A DNA stretch of 64,000 nt from Gemmatimonadota bacterium (GTDB lineage: Bacteria > Gemmatimonadota > Gemmatimonadetes > Gemmatimonadales > GWC2-71-9): assembly GCA_031375485.1 (NCBI GenBank), contig JANMHX010000287.1:10644-74643 (forward strand), in the 5' to 3' direction. A program made the translations under genes and the position numbers. Shown piece after piece: positions 1 through 8,158 of this stretch. The notes beneath the pieces are model-generated. The model was not told the origin of the DNA, did not search any database, and was given only the letters and a program-made list of their open reading frames with translations. How positions within the stretch are numbered: position 1 is the first letter of the stretch; the number at the start of each line of letters is the position of its first letter.

Positions 1-1
1 C

Positions 2-559
2 CCCCAAATCGTCACCGAGCTGTTCGAGGCCGCCGGACAGCCGGAGCGGCCGGATCCCGCCCGGATCGGGCGGGTGCTCGACCGGTATCTCGGCTATCTC
101 GAGCAGGACTTGGCCGAGTCCGCCGGCCGGGCCACCGTCATGCCGGGGGTCGGTCCCTTGCTCGAATCGTTAGGCGATGACGATCGGATCGTCGTCGGGC
201 TCCTGACCGGCAATGTGACCCGGGGCGCGATGCTCAAGCTCAAGGCGGTCAACATCCGGCCCGAGCAATTCCAAGTCGGGGCCTACGGCTCCGATCACCA
301 TCTCCGGGCTGAACTCCCGGCCATCGCGGTCGACCGGGCCCGGGTCGTGTTCGGCCGGCGTCCCCTGGGCGAGGAGATCATCATCATCGGCGATACGCCG
401 GCCGACGTGACCTGCGGGCGCGGCGTTGGCGCCCGGTCGATCGGAGTGGCCACCGGGAGTTTCTCAACCGAGCATCTCGCCCTGGCTGGGGCCGACCACG
501 TCTTCGTCGACCTTGCCGATACCACGGCCGTCCACACCGCCATTCTCGGGACCCGCTGA
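2..559 (+). CDS. HAD-superfamily hydrolase (phosphoglycolate-phosphatase-like), 5' partial
   Basis: The frame is open to the window edge. It carries the HAD motif region EIIIIGDTPADVTCGRGVGARSIGVATG. The stop at 557-559 abuts the next ATG. Confidence 0.7.
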   Translation, partial: PQIVTELFEAAGQPERPDPARIGRVLDRYLGYLEQDLAESAGRATVMPGVGPLLESLGDDDRIVVGLLTGNVTRGAMLKLKAVNIRPEQFQVGAYGSDHHLRAELPAIAVDRARVVFGRRPLGEEIIIIGDTPADVTCGRGVGARSIGVATGSFSTEHLALAGADHVFVDLADTTAVHTAILGTR

Positions 560-1153
560 ATGGTGGAGCGGGAGCTGAAAGCCGTGGTCGCCGACCCCGA
601 CGGGGTCAAGGCCAGGCTTGCCGCCGCCGGTGCGGAGGTCCTGTTTCAAGGCCAGATGGCCGACCGCCGGTTCGACCGGGCCGGTGAATTGGCCGGTCGG
701 GACGAGGTGCTCCGGGTTCGCGAGTATCGGGGCATCGACGGGTCGGTCAGTGTTCAGGTGGCGTGGAAAGGACCGACCACGCTCGAGGCCGGCTACAAAA
801 TCCGCGACGAGCACGAGTTCGAGGTCGTCGGTGCGGAGGGTCTGGCCAGTGTGATCGCGGCGCTCGGATATCGGCCGGTTCATGCGATCGACCGGTATGT
901 CGAATGCTACCGGGTGGCCGAGGTCGTGGTCCGGCTCGAATGGTATCCGCGGATGGATGTGCTGGTGGAAGTCGAAGGCGCCGCCGGGGCCATCGAGCAG
1001 GCTGTGGCGGTGATCGGGGAGGATCGGGCGGCGTATGGCGCCGATGCGTTGGCTGCGTTCGTCGGCCGCTATGAAACCCGGACCGGCCGGCGCGCAGCGG
1101 TGTCGCTCGCGGAGTTGGGCTCGGAGCGGCCGAGTTGGGAGGCCCTCCCGTGA
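560..1153 (+). CDS. CYTH-domain protein (class IV adenylyl cyclase / triphosphate tunnel metalloenzyme family)
   Basis: The N-terminal ERELKAVV is an ExExK-type signature, and the ~197 aa size fits CYTH. The ATG directly follows the upstream stop. Confidence 0.65.
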   Translation: MVERELKAVVADPDGVKARLAAAGAEVLFQGQMADRRFDRAGELAGRDEVLRVREYRGIDGSVSVQVAWKGPTTLEAGYKIRDEHEFEVVGAEGLASVIAALGYRPVHAIDRYVECYRVAEVVVRLEWYPRMDVLVEVEGAAGAIEQAVAVIGEDRAAYGADALAAFVGRYETRTGRRAAVSLAELGSERPSWEALP

Positions 1154-1842
1154 TCGGCGAGATTCCCGAGATCGGTCCTTATCTTGGCCGGCTCGCCGAC
1201 GCGGCCCGGCGCTTCCCCGAACCCGGCGTCGGCCTCGACGCCGTTCGGCTGCAGTTGGTGACCGATCTCTTCGAACGAACCCAATCGGCTCGGGAGTTCC
1301 TGTTGACCGGTGATGAAGGGGGAGGGCGCGCCGCGCTCGACCGGGGCGCCTGGCTCGACCTCTGGCGGCGCGCCGCCCGCCAGGCCGCTTCGAACACCAG
1401 CGACCACATCGCCGCGCGGATGACGGCGGCGGGGAAACGATCCGGCTATCCGGCCCGGCGTTTGGCGCCGTTGCTCCCGACGGAGGAAGCCCGCGGAATC
1501 CTGGTCGCCAAGGTCGAGGCCGCGGGGATTCCACTCGAAAGCCGGCTGGCTCGCGGGTTTCCCGCCGGCTCCAACTGGTGGGACGCGGTCCGTCAGGCCG
1601 CCGTGGCGCTGGAGGATTCCTGGGAGGATCTCGAATTGGTGATCCAGGCTGAACTGGCCGCCGCCGACCCGGTGGTCGCGCGAGTCGGACAATGGAAGCC
1701 CTCATCGGCACTGGGGCTCGTTGCGCTCGCGGTCGGCCTGGTGGTCTCCGGATGGGTTGCTCTGGCGCTCGGGGGGTATCTGCCCCGACCCCAGTGGCTT
1801 GACCCCGTCAACGATTGGTTCTGGAGCCTCCCATGGCCGTGA
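1150..1842 (+). CDS. hypothetical protein with C-terminal membrane anchor
   Basis: The GTG at 1150 overlaps the CYTH stop (GTGA). There is a hydrophobic span ALGLVALAVGLVVSGWVALALGG near the C-terminus. I recognise no family. Confidence 0.5.
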   Translation: MIGEIPEIGPYLGRLADAARRFPEPGVGLDAVRLQLVTDLFERTQSAREFLLTGDEGGGRAALDRGAWLDLWRRAARQAASNTSDHIAARMTAAGKRSGYPARRLAPLLPTEEARGILVAKVEAAGIPLESRLARGFPAGSNWWDAVRQAAVALEDSWEDLELVIQAELAAADPVVARVGQWKPSSALGLVALAVGLVVSGWVALALGGYLPRPQWLDPVNDWFWSLPWP

Positions 1843-2216
1843 TCGGGCTCGGCGTCGACGTCGTGGACATCGCCCGCGCCGAGGCGATGTTGGCCGCCCA
1901 CCGGAAGCGGGTGATCGAGCGATTGCTCACCCCCGATGAGGTTGCCTATGTCACCAGCATGCCGCACCCGCCGCGCCATCTGGCGGTCCGGTTGGCCGCC
2001 AAAGAGGCGGTGTATAAGGCGTTGCAATCGCTGCCGAACTCGCGGGCAATCGGCTGGCGGGAGATCGAGGTCGTTCGAGGCGAGTATGGGCGCCCCACGA
2101 TCCGGTTGCACGGCCTGGCGGCCCGAGTGGCGGGTGAGCGGGCGGGCGCGAAGATCCACGTGTCGCTGACCCACTCCGATCTTTCGGCTGTGGCGACGGC
2201 GATTCTCGAAGACTGA
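1833..2216 (+). CDS. acpS: holo-[acyl-carrier-protein] synthase
   Basis: MAVIGLGVDVVDIARAE and HVSLTHSDLSAVATAIL are typical AcpS N- and C-termini. I chose the ATG at 1833 inside the longer ORF 1815-2216. Confidence 0.8.
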   Translation: MAVIGLGVDVVDIARAEAMLAAHRKRVIERLLTPDEVAYVTSMPHPPRHLAVRLAAKEAVYKALQSLPNSRAIGWREIEVVRGEYGRPTIRLHGLAARVAGERAGAKIHVSLTHSDLSAVATAILED

Positions 2217-2244
2217 ACTCCTTCCAATTCTGAGCCTCGCGCTC

Positions 2245-2250
2245 TAGCTT
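2245..2250 (+). promoter_or_regulatory. -10-like hexamer TAGCTT, 7 nt upstream of the FTR1 ATG (possible leaderless promoter)
   Basis: A TANNNT hexamer at 2245-2250, a 7-nt spacer, then ATG at 2258. No Shine-Dalgarno sequence is visible. Confidence 0.3.
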
Positions 2251-2257
2251 ACTGGCG

Positions 2258-4270
2258 ATGCCTCGGAATTACTTGAGACTCATTCTCATTCTAGCGGCCG
2301 TGACCGGGGTAGTGAGACCCGCTCCGGCCGCTTCGCAGGCCCCCCGACCGGATTCCGCCCAGGTTCTTCGCCGGGTCGCGACGACCGCCCGGCTCGCCGC
2401 GGAGGAGTATGGACTCGGCGTCCGCGGTGGCGTGATCGTGCTAGCGCCTGAAGTCGACGAAGCCAAGTTGTTCTTGGAGGAGGCTCGCAAGGCCGCCGGT
2501 TTGCTCCCCTCCGGCCACTCGGCTCCGACCGTCGAGGCTTTGGCGCGGATCATTGCGCAGGTTGAGCGGACCGGATCGCCGGACTCGGTCCTCCGGGACG
2601 TCGAGTCCCTGATCCAGGGGCTCGCTCGGGCGATGCAGGTGACGATTGACGAAGTGCCGGCCGTGGCGCCGTCCCTGGCCCGCGGCGAGGCGATCTACCG
2701 GCGCCAGTGCGCCGCGTGCCACGGTTTGACCGGCGGCGCCGACGGCCCTTCGGCACTCGGCCTGAGCCCGCCCCCCAGTCGGCTGGCCGATTCAGTGTTT
2801 TTCCACGAAGCCAGTCCGCTCGATTTCTACCGCCGAATCACCATCGGCGTGGCCGGTACGGCCATGGCCGGGTTCGAGTCCTCGTTGTCGGTGGCGGACC
2901 GTTGGGCCGTGGCCCTGTATGCGAGCACCCTTCGGTTGCCGCCGGCTCGCGGGGCGGTGCCGGCGCCGTTGGCCGACTTCTCGAAGACGGCGGTCCTCGG
3001 TGACGCGGCCCTCCTCGACTCACTCGGGAGCACCTCGTTGGCCCGGGTCGCGGCCATTCGAGCCGTAGCGGACGGCTCCGCGGTCCGCGACGTCGGGCCG
3101 GTGTTCGCGACCGTCCGGGCCCGGATCGACTCGGTGTTCGAACTGGCGACCGGAGGGCAGCCGGAGGCGGCCCGGAGCGCCGCGATCGGCGCCTACATGG
3201 CCTTCGAGGCCCTCGAGCGCGAACTCCGAATTAAAGATCCCGACCTAGTGGTCCGCGCGGAGCGGGCGTTTGCCGCGCTTCGCGAGCCGGCCGATCGAGC
3301 CAAGCGGGCCGCCGTGCGGGAGGAGCTGATTCGGGTTCTCGACCGGTCGGAGCGGACCCTCGGGACCTCGTTGACTCCGATTTCGCTCTTCATCCAGTCG
3401 TTCCTCATTCTGATCCGGGAGGGCCTCGAGGCCATCTTGGTCATTGGCGCCTTGATTGCCTTCTTGGGGAAAGTGGGCGCCAGCGACCGGCGCCGGGATA
3501 TCCACGTCGGCGTGGCGGCGGCCTTGGCGCTCAGCGTGGTCACGGCGGTGGTCATCGAGACCATCTTCCGGATCAAGCCGGCCCAGCAGGAGGCCCTCGA
3601 GGGCCTCACGATGGTCATCGCGACCGTGATGCTTTTCTCGGTCAGCTATTGGCTGCTGTCGAAAATGGAGGTGGCCAAGTGGAATCAATTCGTGAAGAGC
3701 AAGCTGTCGGCGGCGCTGACCAAGCGGTCGATGTTTGCGCTGGCGTCGGTGGCGTTCTTGGCGGTGTACCGGGAGGGATTTGAGACGGTCCTGTTCTATA
3801 AGGCCTTGGCCGTCTCCGGTGGTACCAGTGAGACGGCGGCTCCGATCGTGCTCGGCTTCCTGGTGGCGGCGGCGGTGCTCGGAGGGGTGTACGTCGCGAT
3901 CAATCGGTTCGGGGTTCGGTTACCGCTCCGGCCGTTCTTCGGCGTCACGAGCGGGTTGTTGTACGTCATGGCCTTCATCTTCGCCGGCACTGCGGTGGCG
4001 GAGCTGCAAGAGGGCGGCTTCGTCAGCCTGACCCCAATTGACTGGATGTTCCGGGCCCCGACGTTCGGGATCTATCCGACCATCGAGTCGTTGCTGGCTC
4101 AGTGCGTGCTGGTGGCGTTGGCCGTGACGGCGTTGGTGTGGACGTTCATCGTCGCGCCCCGCCGGGAGGTTCCGGCGGGGCGCCCTGCTACGACGGCGCC
4201 TTCGTCAGATAGGCCCCCGGCGCGGGGTCCGCGGCGCGGGCGAGCCGGTTCACGACAACGAGCCCGGTAA
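2258..4270 (+). CDS. cytochrome c / FTR1-family high-affinity iron permease fusion
   Basis: Signal peptide, heme motif CAACHG, two REXXE motifs (REGLEA, REGFET) and multiple TM helices in the C-terminal half. Confidence 0.8.
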   Translation: MPRNYLRLILILAAVTGVVRPAPAASQAPRPDSAQVLRRVATTARLAAEEYGLGVRGGVIVLAPEVDEAKLFLEEARKAAGLLPSGHSAPTVEALARIIAQVERTGSPDSVLRDVESLIQGLARAMQVTIDEVPAVAPSLARGEAIYRRQCAACHGLTGGADGPSALGLSPPPSRLADSVFFHEASPLDFYRRITIGVAGTAMAGFESSLSVADRWAVALYASTLRLPPARGAVPAPLADFSKTAVLGDAALLDSLGSTSLARVAAIRAVADGSAVRDVGPVFATVRARIDSVFELATGGQPEAARSAAIGAYMAFEALERELRIKDPDLVVRAERAFAALREPADRAKRAAVREELIRVLDRSERTLGTSLTPISLFIQSFLILIREGLEAILVIGALIAFLGKVGASDRRRDIHVGVAAALALSVVTAVVIETIFRIKPAQQEALEGLTMVIATVMLFSVSYWLLSKMEVAKWNQFVKSKLSAALTKRSMFALASVAFLAVYREGFETVLFYKALAVSGGTSETAAPIVLGFLVAAAVLGGVYVAINRFGVRLPLRPFFGVTSGLLYVMAFIFAGTAVAELQEGGFVSLTPIDWMFRAPTFGIYPTIESLLAQCVLVALAVTALVWTFIVAPRREVPAGRPATTAPSSDRPPARGPRRGRAGSRQRAR

Positions 4271-5024
4271 GCACGACCAAGACGCTGGTGGCCTGGGCAA
4301 TGGTGAAGCCGCCCAAGACCCGGTCGTCTTTGGCCCGCAGGAACTCGATCAAGAATCGTTCGGTCCCCGCAAACATCAGATAAGCACCAAAGAGCCATCC
4401 CATCGGTCGGGTGCCGAGCCGCCAGCGCCAGAGCACCATGAAGACGCCCAGCATGATCGCCACCTCGTAGAGCTGGGTCGGATGCACCGCCAAGACCGTG
4501 GACGGATCGCTCCCCGCGGGGACGGGGATTCCGAACAAGTTCGCGAGGTTCCCTGCGGTCGACGGGGGCAGTCCCTGGGGAAACTTGACCCCCCATGGCA
4601 GGGTGGTCGGCCGCCCATAGTCATCGCCGACGACGAAGCAGCCGATCCGCCCGATCGCGTACGCCCCCGCCAGCGCCGGAGCGGAGAGTTCGGCCGTAAT
4701 CCGGATCGGCACTCCTCGCCGCCAACCGTTCAAGACCACGGCCGCGAGCCCACCCAGGAAGCCCCCGTACCACACCAAGCCGCCGCGCGACAACAGGGCG
4801 CCCATGTCTTGGGTCAGTGCCACGTACCAGAGCTTGGCCCCGAGGACGCCGCCGATCACCGCCGCCACGATCATGTCGGCGCCGTATTCCTCGTTCCATC
4901 GCCGCCGCCGGAGTTCCAGGGCAATCAGCCAACCGCCGACGACGAACGCCAGCATCATCGCGATGCCGAACCCGGTGACCTCGAAGCTGCCGATCCGAAA
5001 GACGAGTGGGTACACCGTAGTCAT
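4188..5024 (-). CDS. lgt: prolipoprotein diacylglyceryl transferase
   Basis: GRIGCFVVGDDYGRPT and HPTQLYE motifs. The start is trimmed to MTTVYPL (ATG at 5024), which overlaps the tsaD stop as ATGA. The longer ORF N-terminus is Arg/Pro-rich junk. Confidence 0.85.
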   Translation of the reverse strand: MTTVYPLVFRIGSFEVTGFGIAMMLAFVVGGWLIALELRRRRWNEEYGADMIVAAVIGGVLGAKLWYVALTQDMGALLSRGGLVWYGGFLGGLAAVVLNGWRRGVPIRITAELSAPALAGAYAIGRIGCFVVGDDYGRPTTLPWGVKFPQGLPPSTAGNLANLFGIPVPAGSDPSTVLAVHPTQLYEVAIMLGVFMVLWRWRLGTRPMGWLFGAYLMFAGTERFLIEFLRAKDDRVLGGFTIAQATSVLVVLTGLVVVNRLARAADPAPGAYLTKAPS

Positions 5025-6070
5025 GAGGAGGTCTTTGCCAGGTGAAGGTCCGCCGGCCGCACCAAGCCCGGCATCGGTTGCCAATCGAAGGGTTCGAGGT
5101 CGGACCCGCTCCGCTCGCCGCGGGCGAGGTGCCAGGCGCCAGCGGCCGCGATCATCGCGGCGTTGTCGGTATTGAGCCGCGGCGAGGCGACGACGACCTC
5201 GGCGCGGGCGCCGAGCCGGTCCCGAAGTCGGGCGGCCAAAGCCCGGTTGCACGCCACGCCGCCGACGAGAATGGCCCGGGGTCGGCCTAACGCTTCCGTC
5301 GCCCGGGCGGTCTTTTCCACCAACACCTCGATGGCGGCATCCTGGAACCCCCGGGCCAGATCGGCCCGGTCACGGTCGAGGTCAGTGCTGGCCCGCACGG
5401 CCCGGAGCACGGCCGTCTTGAGGCCGCTGAAGGAAAACGCCAAGCCGTCTTTTAACAGGGGCCGGGGAAACCGGAACCGGGTTGGGTTGCCGGTGGCGGC
5501 CAGCCGCTCGAGGGCGGCGCCGGCGGGGTACTCCAATCCGAGCAGGGTGCCGACTTTGTCGAACGCCTCGCCGGCGGCGTCGTCGAGGGTTTCGCCCAGG
5601 AGATGGTATTCGCCCCAGGCGGGCACATCGAGCAGCATCGTGTGTCCGCCACTGACCAGGAGGGCGACAAACGGGGCGTCGAGGGCGGGATCTTCGAGCC
5701 AGGGTGCGAAAAGATGCCCTTCATGGTGGTGGACGCCGATCAAGGGTTTGCTAAGCGACAGCGCCAGTCCCTTGGCGTACATCACCCCGACCAGGAGCGC
5801 GCCGATCAAGCCGGGACCGGCGGTCACCGCAATCGCCGTGATGTCCTCCGGCCGGGCCCCTGCTTCGGCGAACACCCGGGACACGACCGGGTCGATAGTC
5901 CGGACATGGGCCCGGCTGGCGAGTTCAGGGACGACACCGCCGAAGACCCGATGGACATCTTGGGACAAGATGACCAGACTCCGAAGCACCGGCCGCCCGC
6001 CGTCGATGGCCAGCAGGGCAGCCGAGGTCTCGTCGCAGCTGGTCTCGATCCCGAGGATGAGGTCAGCCAC
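5021..6070 (-). CDS. tsaD: tRNA N6-adenosine threonylcarbamoyltransferase
   Basis: ILGIETSCDETSAAL and GVHHHEGHLF motifs. GTG start at 6070. Confidence 0.9.
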   Translation of the reverse strand: MADLILGIETSCDETSAALLAIDGGRPVLRSLVILSQDVHRVFGGVVPELASRAHVRTIDPVVSRVFAEAGARPEDITAIAVTAGPGLIGALLVGVMYAKGLALSLSKPLIGVHHHEGHLFAPWLEDPALDAPFVALLVSGGHTMLLDVPAWGEYHLLGETLDDAAGEAFDKVGTLLGLEYPAGAALERLAATGNPTRFRFPRPLLKDGLAFSFSGLKTAVLRAVRASTDLDRDRADLARGFQDAAIEVLVEKTARATEALGRPRAILVGGVACNRALAARLRDRLGARAEVVVASPRLNTDNAAMIAAAGAWHLARGERSGSDLEPFDWQPMPGLVRPADLHLAKTSS

Positions 6071-6638
6071 CGGGCGCGGGAACCACGACAGGGGCGGTTG
6101 GCGCGAGTTCGATTCCTAACAACTGGGCAATGGTTTGGCGGCTGGCATCGGAGCTCCACGGATGCTCGCCGATGATCTTCTTGACGATGATACCGTTCTG
6201 GTCGATCAGGAAGCTTTCCGGGAACATGATCGTCTGGAAGGCTTTTTGGACCGAGCCGTCGCCGTCGTGAAGAATGTCGAAAGTGAGACCGAACTCATCG
6301 GCAAAGGCCAGCACGTCCTTGGTGTCGCCTTCGTCGACGCTGACCGCGGCGATCTTGAACCCCTTCGGCCCGAGTTCCTTGTAGAGTTGCTCCATGGCCG
6401 GCATCTCTTTGCGGCAGGGAACGCACCACGTCGCCCAGAGGTTGACCAGGACGACCTTGCCCCGATAGGCGCCCTGCATCGACACCGTATCCCCGGTTTT
6501 CAAGTTGACGGCCGAAAACCGAGGGGCGCTTTGCCCGACCTCGACCGGACGGGTCCGGTTGCCGAATTTCACCAAGGCATAGGCCCCACCCACGAGGCCC
6601 ACCACGATCGCGATGACGAACGTCCATTGTTTTCGCAT
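6063..6638 (-). CDS. TlpA/ResA-family thiol-disulfide oxidoreductase (membrane-anchored thioredoxin-like)
   Basis: N-terminal TM helix and a WCVPC active site in LVNLWATWCVPCRKEMP. Confidence 0.8.
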   Translation of the reverse strand: MRKQWTFVIAIVVGLVGGAYALVKFGNRTRPVEVGQSAPRFSAVNLKTGDTVSMQGAYRGKVVLVNLWATWCVPCRKEMPAMEQLYKELGPKGFKIAAVSVDEGDTKDVLAFADEFGLTFDILHDGDGSVQKAFQTIMFPESFLIDQNGIIVKKIIGEHPWSSDASRQTIAQLLGIELAPTAPVVVPAPGG

Positions 6639-6644
6639 GGTTCA

Positions 6645-6650
6645 AGAATA
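6645..6650 (-). promoter_or_regulatory. -10-like hexamer TATTCT, 6 nt upstream of the tlpA-like ATG
   Basis: The minus strand reads TATTCT-TGAACC-ATG. It lies just downstream of the hairpin at 6677-6696. Confidence 0.3.
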
Positions 6651-6676
6651 CTCGGGAGAGGTGTCGTCCGGTCAGT

Positions 6677-6696
6677 GCCCCCGGAGACCGGGGGCT
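6677..6696 (-). terminator. GC-rich hairpin after rpe (possible terminator without a U-tract)
   Basis: gcccccgg-agac-ccgggggc forms a perfect 8-bp stem. It sits 21 nt past the rpe stop, in the only 78-nt gap of the cluster. Confidence 0.4.
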
Positions 6697-6716
6697 AAGT
6701 CATTGGGATTGCGTAC

Positions 6717-7391
6717 TTAAGCCATGGTCCCTGGAATACAAGCCGCTTTGAGCCCCACGACCGCGGCCGCCGGATCCAGGGCCCCGAAGACCGCGGTCCC
6801 GGCCACGAACATCTCACAGCCCGCCTGATAGGCGGCGCCGATCGTCCGGCTGGTGATGCCGCCGTCGATTTCGATGAGGGCGGACGAACCGGCCAGGTCG
6901 AGCATGGTCCGGAGCCGGCGGATCTTGTCGGTCGCCCCGGGCCAGTATCCCTGGCCGCCAAATCCGGGGTTGACGGACATGACCAACACGAGATCCAGAT
7001 CGGCGATCACTTCCGCGATCAGCGACAGCGGGGTGCCGGGGTTGAGCGCGAGCCCCGCCTTCAAGCCCCGTTCCCGTGCCGCCACGAGTTGGCGCTGCAC
7101 GTGGCGAGTCGCCTCCGGATGGAACACGAAGGTGTGCGCGCCGAGGTCGGCATACTCCGCGAGATACTTTTCCGGTTCGGTGACCATCAGATGCACGTCG
7201 AGCGGCAGCTCGGTGAGTTTGCGGAGCGCCTTGAGGACCGGACCTCCGAACGTCAGGTTCGGGACGAAGTGGCCGTCCATGACGTCGACATGAATCCAGT
7301 CGGCGCCCCCGGCCTCGACTTGGCTGATCTGTTCCTTGAGCCGGCCGAGATCGGCGGCCAGGACCGACGGGGCAATCCGGGCGGGTGTCAT
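6717..7391 (-). CDS. rpe: ribulose-phosphate 3-epimerase
   Basis: APSVLAADLGRL and HVDVMDGHFVPNLTFG motifs. The ATG at 7391 shares 1 nt with the upstream stop (TGATG). Confidence 0.9.
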   Translation of the reverse strand: MTPARIAPSVLAADLGRLKEQISQVEAGGADWIHVDVMDGHFVPNLTFGGPVLKALRKLTELPLDVHLMVTEPEKYLAEYADLGAHTFVFHPEATRHVQRQLVAARERGLKAGLALNPGTPLSLIAEVIADLDLVLVMSVNPGFGGQGYWPGATDKIRRLRTMLDLAGSSALIEIDGGITSRTIGAAYQAGCEMFVAGTAVFGALDPAAAVVGLKAACIPGTMA

Positions 7392-8158
7392 CAATTGGTC
7401 TCCGCGACCATCAGGTCGATTCGGGTCCGGCGCACGGCCCGGGATCCGGCCGCCGGGAGTTGCTCCAGCACGGAGCCCGGCGGTCCCCGACGGCCGTCGC
7501 TGGTCTTGATCCGGCCCACCGTGAACCCGGCTGCTTCCAGGCGGCGTTTGGCGTCGTCGGGCCGGAGCCCGACCACGTTAGGCACGTCGAGTTCCGCCGG
7601 CCCTTGGCTCACGATCAGGTCGATGGTGCTACCCGGCTTCTTCGGGGCCCCGGCGCCGGGTCGGGTGTTGACGATGATGTCCGGATCGGTTCCGCCGGGT
7701 ACCGTGTCGACCCCACCGACCTTGAGACCCGCCGCGATCAGCACCCGGATGGCGGCCTCGAGTTCGAAGTCGGTGAGGTCCGGCACCAGAATCGCCGACG
7801 GGCCGGCGCTCTTGGTCAGGGTGACCGTCGTGCCCTGCGGGACCACCAGGTCCGGCGGGGGATCCTGCCACAGCACCGTGCCCGCGGGGGCCTCCGGATC
7901 AGCCTCTTCGCCCTCGACTTGAACCTTGAAGCCCTGGCCCGATAACGTCTGCTCGGCGGCCGCCACCGGGAGCCCGATCAGCCGGGGCACGACGTGGTCT
8001 TGCTGGAAAATCGGTCCCGGGTAGGCAATGCAGGTCGTGAGATAGCCGGCGAGGCCCGACCCGAGCAGCACGACCGCCGTCGTCAGGCGCCGCCGCCCCA
8101 CGATGGTTTTCGGCAGCGGGATCCGGGGTCTTTGAGGCTTCTTCGGCGTCGTCATCAC
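7391..8158 (-). CDS. membrane-anchored protein with three PASTA domains and no kinase or PBP domain
   Basis: N-terminal TM helix LTTAVVLLGSGLAGYLTT, followed by three ~65-aa repeats of the form VP.L.G....A...L...G..V. Confidence 0.7.
   Translation of the reverse strand: MMTTPKKPQRPRIPLPKTIVGRRRLTTAVVLLGSGLAGYLTTCIAYPGPIFQQDHVVPRLIGLPVAAAEQTLSGQGFKVQVEGEEADPEAPAGTVLWQDPPPDLVVPQGTTVTLTKSAGPSAILVPDLTDFELEAAIRVLIAAGLKVGGVDTVPGGTDPDIIVNTRPGAGAPKKPGSTIDLIVSQGPAELDVPNVVGLRPDDAKRRLEAAGFTVGRIKTSDGRRGPPGSVLEQLPAAGSRAVRRTRIDLMVAETN

Noticed and set aside
464-1711. Long reverse-strand or alternative-frame ORFs overlapping well-supported genes. Examples: 464-1711(-), 8425-9789(+), 17338-18549(+), 22057-23115(-), 35804-37087(+), 36916-38181(+), 38331-39623(+), 42645-43688(-), 44147-45172(-).
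   Set aside because: Their translations are Arg/Pro/Gly/Ala-rich low-complexity strings with no motifs. They lie antisense or out of frame to genes with clear family signatures. This is the usual stop-codon-poor artefact of high-GC DNA.
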